From positions 1 through 58,288 of the forward strand of contig JBAZOJ010000002.1 in NCBI GenBank assembly GCA_041648755.1: a stretch of DNA of 58,288 nt, given 5' to 3'. This stretch comes from Candidatus Brocadiia bacterium (GTDB taxonomy: Bacteria > Planctomycetota > B143-G9). Below, piece by piece: positions 27,078-37,559 of this stretch. A program made the position numbers and the translations under genes. Position 1 is the stretch's first letter, and each line of letters opens with the position of its first letter. The notes under the pieces were generated by a model. It made no database searches and was not told where the DNA came from. It was given only the letters and a program-made list of their open reading frames with translations.

Positions 27078-28538
27078 ATGAAGCTTTTGAGAATCTTCTC
27101 GGTCGCACTTGTCGCGGGGATGCTAGCTTCCTCGCTGACCGTGTATGCAGAAGAGCCCGGCCCCATCGAGGGCTGGACGCGCGAAAAACTCTCCCTGGTT
27201 GTTGCCAAGGATACTAACGAGTACATGACTGCGGCAACACAGTTCATGCCGCTGTTCTATGGCGGGGCCTCTCCACACTGGCTTGACGACATGGCCAAAG
27301 ATGCAAGAGAGAAGAACTTCAACCAGGAGGTAATCGGCCCGCCGACGAGGAGCGAGAAATACCGCGGAGTCCTGGTAGTTCGCGAAGGCAGCGGCATAAA
27401 CATTGACACCGACGGCGATGATCGGCCCGACACCAAGCTGGCGAAGACCGATATCGCTAAGGTGAAGTGCATCTATCGGAATGGAGACGTTGACCGCAAC
27501 GGCGAAATTGGCATTCTCTTCAAGATCGTGCTGGACGAGAACACCCAGAAGCCTCATTGGAGCTATTCGCGCGGTTACTACGTGACAGGGAGGCTCGCAG
27601 GGACGTCTATTTCGTTCTTTGACGAGAACGCAGACGGCTTTTTCAACGTCACCGCAAGCGACGGAATGGTCATCGGAAACAAGGAAAAGTACGGCTGCTA
27701 TCTGTCTTCGATTGTGCTCGCAGGTGGCAAGCTGTATGACCTGATGATAGACGACCAGGGACGCTGGTTTGACTATCGACCTATTCCCGCGGCGACCACG
27801 ACTGGCAAGATCGACTTCGTGAAGAAGTTCAAGGGCCCGATGAAGCCCCTTTTCGTTGTGCTTCGTACTCCCTTTGACAAAGGCAAGCCGGATCCGCGAT
27901 CGGTCTCAATTTTCCTGCCCAAGGGCGTTGGCATCGCGCCCGAAGGTCTGTACGATTTCAAGTGGACGATGATGGACGAGCGTTGCCAGGGCAGATCCGA
28001 GCCTCGGCCGGATCAATGGATCGATAACGAGAGCGCGGCGCCGTATTTTCTTGAGAAGAACGGGCAGAAGAATCGTCCTCCATTCAAGGCGCAGCCCATC
28101 AGCGTAAAGGCGAGTGCGGACAATGTCGTTGAGTGGGGTGCGCCGTTTGCGGTTCATGCGCGCCCCGTGCACAATACTAACGACGGCGGCGCCAAGGTGG
28201 ACTATCTGTCACTGTACGCAGGGGACTTCATGTTCTTCGACAGTAAGCTTGGCATTTGCTTTTGGACGCCCCTGGAGTACAAGAAAGAGGGCGCCGCCCT
28301 GCCGGAAGACCTGATGTTCGACATCATGGTCTACAACCCCAAGGGCGAGCTCATGAGCAGGAATACCCGCTATGTTAAGGGAGCGGGTGGCGGGACCGGC
28401 GATGCTGATCCCAACTGGCAGAACTTCAACATCAACCTGTCCGGACAGCGTGGAATTTTCAAGATCGAGATCAAGTCGCCCAAAGCTACGGCACACTTCG
28501 GCGAGATTCATTGCTATAACGATTTCGAGATCAAGTAG
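27078..28538 (+). CDS. Secreted hypothetical protein A with acidic Ca-binding-like loops
   Basis: ATG 27078 after AAAGGGGA; signal peptide ending VYA; DTDGDDRPD and DENADGFFN motifs. Confidence 0.75.
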   Translation: MKLLRIFSVALVAGMLASSLTVYAEEPGPIEGWTREKLSLVVAKDTNEYMTAATQFMPLFYGGASPHWLDDMAKDAREKNFNQEVIGPPTRSEKYRGVLVVREGSGINIDTDGDDRPDTKLAKTDIAKVKCIYRNGDVDRNGEIGILFKIVLDENTQKPHWSYSRGYYVTGRLAGTSISFFDENADGFFNVTASDGMVIGNKEKYGCYLSSIVLAGGKLYDLMIDDQGRWFDYRPIPAATTTGKIDFVKKFKGPMKPLFVVLRTPFDKGKPDPRSVSIFLPKGVGIAPEGLYDFKWTMMDERCQGRSEPRPDQWIDNESAAPYFLEKNGQKNRPPFKAQPISVKASADNVVEWGAPFAVHARPVHNTNDGGAKVDYLSLYAGDFMFFDSKLGICFWTPLEYKKEGAALPEDLMFDIMVYNPKGELMSRNTRYVKGAGGGTGDADPNWQNFNINLSGQRGIFKIEIKSPKATAHFGEIHCYNDFEIK

Positions 28539-28548
28539 TGGAGGCAAA

Positions 28549-29871
28549 GTGAAACGAACTTCTATGGCCCTTCTCGCGGGTATGGCCCTCTTTGTAATGG
28601 CTGTCTTGTCGAACCCGTTGTTGGCCGAGCAACCGGAAACCGGAGACACTGAGGTCAAGTTGAACTATGTCACAATGAATGACATGGCAGACTACTTCAC
28701 ACCCAAGCACAAGAAGAAACCCCTGACCTCGACCCTTGACCTTCCGAACGGCGAATCCCGGGGGATAAGATGCAACGTGACGGAGCAGAACGTCGAGGTT
28801 GACACAAACCTCGATGGCAAGCCGGACACCAAGATATCCCAAAGCGGTAAGATTGTTGAACTGACCATTTCTGACGAAAGCGGAGCGAAGAGGAAGTACG
28901 CTGTAATGCTCTGGCGCGACGACCGGTTCGTCCAGAAGCAATGGTACTATTATACCGCTTCCGCAGTGTCCGGCGTGATCGAGGGCAAGAAGTTCCTCGT
29001 CATAGACGACAACTGCAACGGGAAGTACAACGATTTTGGCGAGGACGCCATTATCGTTGCACCCAGCAAGGCGGGTTGGTTCCTTTCGTCCGTGCTCGAT
29101 TTCGGCAAAGGTCTGATCGAGATCGCAGTCGAGGCGGATGGCTCCGCGGCTTCGTACCATCCCTTCATTGGCACTACCGGGACGGTGGATGCGTTAAGCA
29201 AGCTTTCGAAAGCCAACTTCAAGCCCCTTGTCTTCGTAGTCAAGAACGAAGATCGCTCCTTCAACGTGATTCGCCCCGACAGCAAGCCTTCCATTGTTCC
29301 GATTGGCAAGTACAACATCGAGCGCGCGATCATCGACAGGACCATCGAGGTAATCGGAGCAGCCCATCCTCCCTTCGATATCCTGAAGGACAACACGACC
29401 ACGATAGAGTGGGGTGGGCCGTTCACAATGTTGTTCTACGCATCGCCGGGGCCGGACTACCCCCGCGCCGTATACGCCGCAGACCCGAACAACCATCTCT
29501 TCTACTGCGAGCCACCATACATCAAGGGCGAGAAGGGCGAGGTATATGTAGGGTCGAAAGAGTGGTGCGAACCCGAACAGGTTCTGAATTCGGCAGATAG
29601 CGAAGCACCCCAGAAGTGGTTCTTCACCGCGGAAAAACTCAACTTCAACATCGAGATCCTGGACATCAAGACCCGCAAGTCAATGAACTCTCTGAAGTTC
29701 TACTCCGCCGGACAGCCTGCCCCCCAACCGAGTCAGCCAGCTCCTTACTATTGGCTGCCTTTCACCTGGGAGTACAAGCAGCTTCGTGGCAACTACCTGC
29801 TGCGCGTTACCTGCCCGACCAGCAGGGCCTTCAAAGAGGCCGTGTATGAAGAGAAGATTGAGCTGAAATAG
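28549..29871 (+). CDS. Secreted hypothetical protein B, paralog of protein A
   Basis: GTG 28549 after GGAGG; signal peptide ending LLA; DTNLDGKPD, DDNCNGKYND, EWGGPF (A has EWGAPF). Confidence 0.75.
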   Translation: MKRTSMALLAGMALFVMAVLSNPLLAEQPETGDTEVKLNYVTMNDMADYFTPKHKKKPLTSTLDLPNGESRGIRCNVTEQNVEVDTNLDGKPDTKISQSGKIVELTISDESGAKRKYAVMLWRDDRFVQKQWYYYTASAVSGVIEGKKFLVIDDNCNGKYNDFGEDAIIVAPSKAGWFLSSVLDFGKGLIEIAVEADGSAASYHPFIGTTGTVDALSKLSKANFKPLVFVVKNEDRSFNVIRPDSKPSIVPIGKYNIERAIIDRTIEVIGAAHPPFDILKDNTTTIEWGGPFTMLFYASPGPDYPRAVYAADPNNHLFYCEPPYIKGEKGEVYVGSKEWCEPEQVLNSADSEAPQKWFFTAEKLNFNIEILDIKTRKSMNSLKFYSAGQPAPQPSQPAPYYWLPFTWEYKQLRGNYLLRVTCPTSRAFKEAVYEEKIELK

Positions 29872-29891
29872 CACGTGCTACTCGAGAGATT

Positions 29892-29920
29892 CCGGCCCGA
29901 CAGACTGTCGGGCCGGTTTC
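29892..29920 (+). terminator. Terminator-like perfect inverted repeat
   Basis: CCGGCCCGACAG-A-CTGTCGGGCCGG then TTTC. Confidence 0.7.
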
Positions 29921-29936
29921 ATTGACGGCCCTTTGA

Positions 29937-29964
29937 TTGGAATACCGGAGAGAGCCGATATAAT
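29937..29964 (+). promoter_or_regulatory. Probable sigma70-type promoter
   Basis: TTGGAA-16 bp-TATAAT. Confidence 0.55.
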
Positions 29965-30014
29965 TCCCCATCCGCAGAAAACTTTTGCGCTCAGACTGGT
30001 TCCCTTCGCTGGAC

Positions 30015-30554
30015 ATGAGATTTCTTGGCATCTACTTCGCTGCCTTGGGGCTGATCTACTTCGTAATCCTTGTCTGGCAGAACGCGCTCATCATCAGGTC
30101 TCAGGAACGCGTGATCACCCAACTCAAGACCAGTGCCGCAGAACTCCAGAAGGAGCAATCCGAGCTCGAATTCATCCGCAACGCCGTCATCAACCGCGAG
30201 CCCTACTTCTACATCAATTCACTCAGAGAAGACTGGGGATTCCGGAAGAAGGGCGAGGTTCTGCTATCGGAACTCCCTGCCAGTCACTACGTTGGGAAGG
30301 GCGAACCGGTTTCGGCGGTTCGGGCGCAGAAGAGAACGGGGACGCGATCCTCTGGCAGTGTGCTCTTTCTTCTGTTCGCGGGGCTCGCAGTTGCCGCAAT
30401 GACCTATATCATGGTATTTTCGCCCCGAAGGGCCGTTAAGAAGCCGAAGCCATCTGCATTGATTGACGGCTTCTGGAAGGGACCTCCGCCCAGCGAGCGA
30501 ATGTTGAGACCGTTTTCGGAGAGGGAAATCGGCCCTGATCAGGGCCCCCGATAG
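30015..30554 (+). CDS. FtsB/DivIC (septum formation initiator)-like protein with an extra C-terminal TM helix
   Basis: N-terminal TM, coiled coil, then YINSLREDWGFRKKGEV matching the FtsB YIExxARxxLGxxKxGE pattern. Confidence 0.5.
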   Translation: MRFLGIYFAALGLIYFVILVWQNALIIRSQERVITQLKTSAAELQKEQSELEFIRNAVINREPYFYINSLREDWGFRKKGEVLLSELPASHYVGKGEPVSAVRAQKRTGTRSSGSVLFLLFAGLAVAAMTYIMVFSPRRAVKKPKPSALIDGFWKGPPPSERMLRPFSEREIGPDQGPR

Positions 30555-30559
30555 GTCGG

Positions 30560-32251
30560 CTATTTGGACAGGTCGAACGGTATCTCGATCCCGAACCTGA
30601 TCGAGAGCGAGTGAATCTCCTGCAATACCTTCTCAGCTCTGCCCTTGACGAAGTATTCGTCGGCCAACTGGAAAATCCTGCCCCTTGCCCATTCGACGGC
30701 AATTTCCCGCTTATTCTCATCGGGCTCGGGCAAGGCGGTCCGCAGCAGGAATTGCCTGGTGCGGTTCAGGCTGTCGGTGCCCTGCAACTGAAGGCAGAAC
30801 TCGACTCCCCATGTGCAATGGCCGTAAACGACCATCGGTGAATCCCTGTAGAGATCCTTCAGAGCGGAAGGATATACGTCGCTGACCGCAGGCGCAAAGT
30901 AGGTCGCCGACGGCTGAACAAGAACCGGGCGGGAGAGGCGAGACGCAAATGCAGCAAGTTCGCGCACGGTGTCCTTGATATCAGGGCAGTCCGCGGACTC
31001 ACCGCGGCCGAAGTACGACATCATGTCGAGCATGAATTCCCCGTAAGGGCGCCCCGCATTGAAAGTGAACAGGCTGTGACCGGGCCTGAGCGTGTTGCTG
31101 AAATTGCCGGTCACATCGGCCACGCTGCCGACGCCTGCGGTTGCCATTCCGTCGGAAATCAAATACACCGCCATCGGCCTGCCCTCTGTCGGGGGAAAGC
31201 GGTTCAATGCCTTGCGGACGGTGCTGGACAGGTTGGTCAGGACGGCTCTATCAGGACGTTTGAGAAATGAAATCAGCCGGTCGAGGTTGCTGACGGAGAA
31301 TGGCCTGAAATCCTCAAAGAGCTGCACATCGCGCAAGTGAAACAAGTCCACATTGAACCTGTCGCCCGGCGGGAGCGCCGGAATGATCTCGCGCAATGAA
31401 GAGAATACCGAAGCAAGTTCTGCATCCTTAACGGAATCGGACACATCCACCAGGAACAGATTATCTTTCTCGAACGCCCCCAGCTTCGAGGTTGGCCGCA
31501 CTTTCAGCGTCAGGCGGAAGAAGGACTCTCCGCTCAATGGATCGCGGAACACCTCGAGGTTGACATCGAGGTCGTCATCGAGCGGATAGATTTTGCGCGG
31601 CTCCTTCAGCCCGTTGATGGGGGCATCTCCCGGCGTCGGCGGAGCTTGTGATCGGTCAACTTTGGCGGGAATAGTGACCGGAGGCGGAGAGGAAACGGGG
31701 ACCGGCGAGTCGCACGAAAGATCGGTCGATGGAATCTGTGGCCGGAGGGCTGATGGTTCGAGCCCTGCGAACTCTCCGCCTTTGGATGGTGCCGGTTGCC
31801 CGTTTCTTGCTGTCGGAGGGAAAAGCGGCGTGGAGAGCTTCCTCTCGGCACGCTGCAGCGCCCGTTCCGCGGATTCTCGCACTGTCAGGATTTCGGTCCG
31901 GGACGGAACGGATCGCGGAAGCGGGTCATCGAGTCCACTGAGCGTGGGTGATGCGCCAAGGCTGCTCAGGGGTGGGGCGCCTATCTCGTCAGGGGCCGTG
32001 GCCTCGCGCAGTGTGCTTGTGTCACGAAAGAATCGTTCAACTCGTTCGTTCTGATTCTCCTGCAGCCGCTGAAGCTCAGGCAATCTGCCGCTCTGGATAG
32101 ACCCGTAGACCGCGCCGAACATGCGCGTGTTGAGCGCAAGCACGATGATCACCACATGCACAATGACCGACAGCACCACGGGCACAACGACCGAGGTGGA
32201 AGCCTTGCGATCCACTACGCAAACTCCAGCGCGAGCCCCCAGAGGATGCAC
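30560..32251 (-). CDS. Membrane-anchored VWA-domain protein
   Basis: N-terminal TM, Pro-rich linker, MIDAS motif LFLVDVSDS, VYLISDG. Confidence 0.8.
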   Translation of the reverse strand: MHPLGARAGVCVVDRKASTSVVVPVVLSVIVHVVIIVLALNTRMFGAVYGSIQSGRLPELQRLQENQNERVERFFRDTSTLREATAPDEIGAPPLSSLGASPTLSGLDDPLPRSVPSRTEILTVRESAERALQRAERKLSTPLFPPTARNGQPAPSKGGEFAGLEPSALRPQIPSTDLSCDSPVPVSSPPPVTIPAKVDRSQAPPTPGDAPINGLKEPRKIYPLDDDLDVNLEVFRDPLSGESFFRLTLKVRPTSKLGAFEKDNLFLVDVSDSVKDAELASVFSSLREIIPALPPGDRFNVDLFHLRDVQLFEDFRPFSVSNLDRLISFLKRPDRAVLTNLSSTVRKALNRFPPTEGRPMAVYLISDGMATAGVGSVADVTGNFSNTLRPGHSLFTFNAGRPYGEFMLDMMSYFGRGESADCPDIKDTVRELAAFASRLSRPVLVQPSATYFAPAVSDVYPSALKDLYRDSPMVVYGHCTWGVEFCLQLQGTDSLNRTRQFLLRTALPEPDENKREIAVEWARGRIFQLADEYFVKGRAEKVLQEIHSLSIRFGIEIPFDLSK

Positions 32252-32952
32252 CAGATGGGGACCAGGATCGAGGCGATGGGAAGCGGCTTTTCAGAAGGCC
32301 GAAGCAGGTGAAAAAGGGATATGGCGCAGAGAATGCACCCAAGCATTGCGGGGGGGGACGTGAACGTAAATGAACGTGTGCCAAGACAACCCAGAATAAG
32401 CGCCATGAGTGTGCTCAGTGAGGATAATGATGCTGCCTCGACAAAGTGGTCTTTGCGCTTCGGCGAATCAAGACGAAAGGCTTCTCCGGCAAGCAGGCTC
32501 TCGGCAGCCAACATGAGGTTGAGCCACAAAACCACAGTCGTAAAAGAAAGCTCAGTTGGATGATGATTCTGACCCCGCAGTATGAAGAATGCGCCAATAG
32601 CCGCAAGAGAACCGCATACGGAAAGAAAACGAGGAGTCCACGGAGACGCCCAAGAGCCAGGTTCATCACCTGTCGAAGTGAAGAAGAGCCAGGCGGCAAG
32701 GAGTAAGGGCAACCAGCCGGCAGAGAGCATTGGAAAGTCAGGGACTGCGCCGTCCCAGTGAGGGTGGAGATAGCAGTAAAAAAATGCCCCTGCGAAGCAA
32801 AGCAGGCTCACAACAAACAGGACGAGTCCGCCGAGGATAGGATACCTCTTACTCCATAGCCGGGAGGCCGCGAGCAGCAGAAAGGCAAGGGCGAGCAAAA
32901 GCAAGGAAGTCACTCTTTGTGCTCCGCCGTTTGGCGATAGGACGTAGCCCAT
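32215..32952 (-). CDS. Polytopic membrane protein, degenerate CcsA/ResC-like
   Basis: TM layout and C-terminal LILGCLG...SLFHLLR recall CcsA GAxWA..WGxYWxWDPKE..YLHAR but the WWD motif is absent; directly downstream of a ResB-like gene. Confidence 0.45.
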   Translation of the reverse strand: MGYVLSPNGGAQRVTSLLLLALAFLLLAASRLWSKRYPILGGLVLFVVSLLCFAGAFFYCYLHPHWDGAVPDFPMLSAGWLPLLLAAWLFFTSTGDEPGSWASPWTPRFLSVCGSLAAIGAFFILRGQNHHPTELSFTTVVLWLNLMLAAESLLAGEAFRLDSPKRKDHFVEAASLSSLSTLMALILGCLGTRSFTFTSPPAMLGCILCAISLFHLLRPSEKPLPIASILVPIWCILWGLALEFA

Positions 32953-34787
32953 GTTCCGGTAAGAAAGTACCCAATCAAGAACAGAACAATCAGCAGAACG
33001 TAAGGGACCGGCTCAAAGACTATGGCGAGGATCAAGAAAGAGCCCTGGGTTCTGTCACAGTCCAGCACGGAGACCGTGTAACAGGCTGTTTCGTAAGACC
33101 CTTGATCGCTAACGGAGTACTCAGCCAATACCTTGCCTGTGCTAACCGCGAGTACAGCATAGTCAAGATAAGCGTCAACGGCCGGGCGAACGCTGAGTGA
33201 AAGCTCTTCGCGCACAAGCTCCAGAGACTGCTGACTGCCGGAAAACAGCGTCAGAGTGCGGTTGTCACCATGAGGGCGGATGAGCTTGCAGGACAGTGCA
33301 GTAGCTGGAGAGTCCTGCGCGACGAGCTTCTCGATCACCTGCGCGTCCGGGATGATCGAGCGTACCAGCAAGGCTGTGTCACCGCAATCGATGCTCTCGC
33401 CAACTTTCAGCACGCCTGACTTCTCCCGATGGCCGGCCTTGACAAGCGAGATGGAGTTCGGACAGTCGGGGGAGGTGATGATCCGCACAAAAGTCGAAGG
33501 CTCCCCGGATATGGAAGGATGGATGAGCCGTATGCGCAGGCCGGAATACAGATGCCCGAACACTACCGGTTCTGCCTCGGAAACGCGAAGAGATTCCTCA
33601 CCGCGCGGCCCCTCGACAATGACATCTGCCGACCCCTGCAAGGACATCGCGGGATCGCCGTATTCTGCCTTTTTGATCATGACGGAATAGTGCGAGCCCT
33701 GTACTCTTGTCCGTGAGCCTGCGGTGACATTGAAGCGATAGGTCTTGCCAAGATCCGGGAAGAACACTTCGACCTGCGGAAGATAGGGCAGATTGGTGCC
33801 GATGAGGGCTTCGTATTCGGGCTTCTCATCGAAGTGAAAGTAATAAAGGCTGCTGAACAGGTCTTCGCGATCGCCTTTCCCATGGATGAAGTAGTGAGAA
33901 ATATTGCTGCCGGATATGTCCAGAGGGAATCCGCCAAGGTCGCCATCGGCGCCGAAGCGGAAGAAGTCCCGGCTGGTCTCGCTCTTTGCCTTCGTTTCGC
34001 AGAACACTATGGCCGGGTTGGTGAAGTCCTTCGACTTGGTTTTCAACTCCAACTCGGCTACGGCCGGAATCCGAGTCTCCTCGATTCTCAAGATCGCATC
34101 GGTTCCAGGAAGGCTTATGTCCACAGGTTCTGTAATTGCGATTTCGCGCAAGGTCCGGCCCTCCGGGTCCGGTTTGGAGGCGATTCTCAATATCTCAGGG
34201 GGGTCAGGGTGCACGAGGTAGAACTCCTGCAACTCGAAGGAGAAGGGCAACTTCCTCATTTGACCGGTGGCCGGGTCAGTAACAGAAGACACCTTACGGT
34301 GGGGATAAACCTTCTCCAAGGCGCGGAAGCCGAAGGAGGAGTTGATCACCAAGGCAAGAATGCCCAAGGCCACAAGGGTAATGCCGATGTAGATTCTACC
34401 AAAGCGCGGTTTCTGAGCCATTGAAAGCAGCGCTGCGCCCGCCAGTGCGAGCAGGAACTTCATCCAGGCAGCCGACCAGACGGCGTTGAGCCCAAGGAAG
34501 ACGGGAATCATCGCATCACGGGGGACATGGCCCCCTGACACAGCGCCGGTCCAGCAATATCCTGCAAAGAGCCCGATGCCCACCCAGAGCATGCTCCATG
34601 CCGCAAGTTCGCGCGCATCCTCGCGCGGAAGGCTGCGGAGGACAACAAAGGCTCCGATGATGGTAAGACAAAGGACTGCAAGGGGGTGAACGAGGAAACT
34701 GACTGCAGGAAATGCCCCGGTCAGGGCAGAGACAATCATCCCGCCGAAAATGACGACGGGTGGAAGCAGGCGGGGTAGTGCCTTCAT
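32910..34787 (-). CDS. ResB/CcsB-like cytochrome c biogenesis membrane protein (degenerate)
   Basis: FLGLNAVWSAAWMKFLL (cf. LGLxxxYxSWWF), LPFSFELQEFY, large periplasmic domain, C-terminal FEPVPYVLL TM. Confidence 0.6.
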   Translation of the reverse strand: MKALPRLLPPVVIFGGMIVSALTGAFPAVSFLVHPLAVLCLTIIGAFVVLRSLPREDARELAAWSMLWVGIGLFAGYCWTGAVSGGHVPRDAMIPVFLGLNAVWSAAWMKFLLALAGAALLSMAQKPRFGRIYIGITLVALGILALVINSSFGFRALEKVYPHRKVSSVTDPATGQMRKLPFSFELQEFYLVHPDPPEILRIASKPDPEGRTLREIAITEPVDISLPGTDAILRIEETRIPAVAELELKTKSKDFTNPAIVFCETKAKSETSRDFFRFGADGDLGGFPLDISGSNISHYFIHGKGDREDLFSSLYYFHFDEKPEYEALIGTNLPYLPQVEVFFPDLGKTYRFNVTAGSRTRVQGSHYSVMIKKAEYGDPAMSLQGSADVIVEGPRGEESLRVSEAEPVVFGHLYSGLRIRLIHPSISGEPSTFVRIITSPDCPNSISLVKAGHREKSGVLKVGESIDCGDTALLVRSIIPDAQVIEKLVAQDSPATALSCKLIRPHGDNRTLTLFSGSQQSLELVREELSLSVRPAVDAYLDYAVLAVSTGKVLAEYSVSDQGSYETACYTVSVLDCDRTQGSFLILAIVFEPVPYVLLIVLFLIGYFLTGTWATSYRQTAEHKE

Positions 34788-34797
34788 GTTCCTTCTA

Positions 34798-35208
34798 TTA
34801 TAGCCGCGTATGTCCGGAAACGCGCAATCTGTTTATCGCACGGAACAAGGCGATTCTTGCCCGGTCAAAGTCCACATCCTCGCGCAATTTGAGCCGCTCT
34901 TCGGCGCGCTTTAAGGCTGCCTCCGCGCGTGCGACGTCAATTTCACCCTTGCTCTCGATCGCGTCAACAAGGAGAAGAAGCTCTCCGGAATGTACTTCGA
35001 AAAACCCCTCGCAGTGCGCAAAGATCTCATCATCCCGTTCGTCGAAATGGATTGTCAGGCATCCAGCCTTGAGGGCGCCCAGGATGTCCGCATGATGCGG
35101 AAGAACGCCCATTGAACCGCACTCCGCCTCGAACGACGCCCCGGTCGCGCCGGAGAATTCCCTGCGCTTGTCAGGCGACACTACGAGGATCTTCATTGTT
35201 GCGGCCAT
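34798..35208 (-). CDS. atpC: ATP synthase F1 epsilon subunit
   Basis: GSMGVLPHHA, GFFEV, IDVARAEAALKRAEERL. Confidence 0.95.
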   Translation of the reverse strand: MAATMKILVVSPDKRREFSGATGASFEAECGSMGVLPHHADILGALKAGCLTIHFDERDDEIFAHCEGFFEVHSGELLLLVDAIESKGEIDVARAEAALKRAEERLKLREDVDFDRARIALFRAINRLRVSGHTRL

Positions 35209-35219
35209 CTGATGGGCTC

Positions 35220-36665
<1,446 letters not shown>

Positions 36666-37559
36666 TCACTTGGCGGCCTTCATGGCCTCGGTGCCGCCGA
36701 CGATGTCAAGTAGTTCCTTGGTGATGAAAGCTTGACGGGCCTTGTTGTACTCCAGCGTCAGCGAGTCGATCATGTCGTCCGCGTTCTTCGTCGCGTTTTC
36801 CATCGCTGTCATTCGTGCTGCGTATTCGCTTGAGACGGATTCCATCATCGCCGCGTACAGGCTGACCGAGATGTAGCGATCCAGGATGGGGCGCACCAAC
36901 TCCACGGCAGGTGGCTCGTAGAGGTAATCGTGAGCATAGCGGCCGGGTTCCTGGTTGGACTGCTCGACCGATGGCGGCCACAGCTTGCGGGTTCCCGCGC
37001 TCTGCGAAGCCATGTTCACGAACTGGCTGTAGATAACATACATCGAGTCAAGCGTGCCTGCCGCGTAGTCCGCGTTCAGCTTCTTCGTGACCTCGAGAGA
37101 AACCTGGAAGGACAGACTCTTGATGAGGTCGAAGCGGCTGAAACACATTTCGACCCGCGAGTTCTTCTGTCTGCAGACTTTCTTGATGTGCGCGATGCCC
37201 TTTTTCCCGAAAACAAAGACGCGCAAATTCCTGTCCGGATTGGCCGCGCGGAATTTCTCGAACTCGCGGATCAGGTTGGAGTTGTATGCTCCGCACAGGC
37301 CGCGATCACCGCTGAAGAAAACCACTCCAACAGTCTTCTCCGGTCGCTCTTCCACAAAAGCGTTAGCCAGGTCGCCGACGCTTTCCAGCAGGTGATCTTT
37401 TAGCCGTGTAACCGCAAAAGTGTAAGGACGAAGCGTGATTGTCCGGTCCTGCACCTTGCGCAACTTCGATGCGGCGACCATCTTCATCGCGCGCGTTATC
37501 TGTTGCGTATTTATCACGCTACGGATGCGGCGCTTGATATCACGTGGCAGTTCGGCCAT
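36666..37559 (-). CDS. atpG: ATP synthase F1 gamma subunit
   Basis: QITRAMKMVAASK, DRGLCGAYN, SEYAARMTAM, YNKARQAFIT. Confidence 0.98.
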   Translation of the reverse strand: MAELPRDIKRRIRSVINTQQITRAMKMVAASKLRKVQDRTITLRPYTFAVTRLKDHLLESVGDLANAFVEERPEKTVGVVFFSGDRGLCGAYNSNLIREFEKFRAANPDRNLRVFVFGKKGIAHIKKVCRQKNSRVEMCFSRFDLIKSLSFQVSLEVTKKLNADYAAGTLDSMYVIYSQFVNMASQSAGTRKLWPPSVEQSNQEPGRYAHDYLYEPPAVELVRPILDRYISVSLYAAMMESVSSEYAARMTAMENATKNADDMIDSLTLEYNKARQAFITKELLDIVGGTEAMKAAK

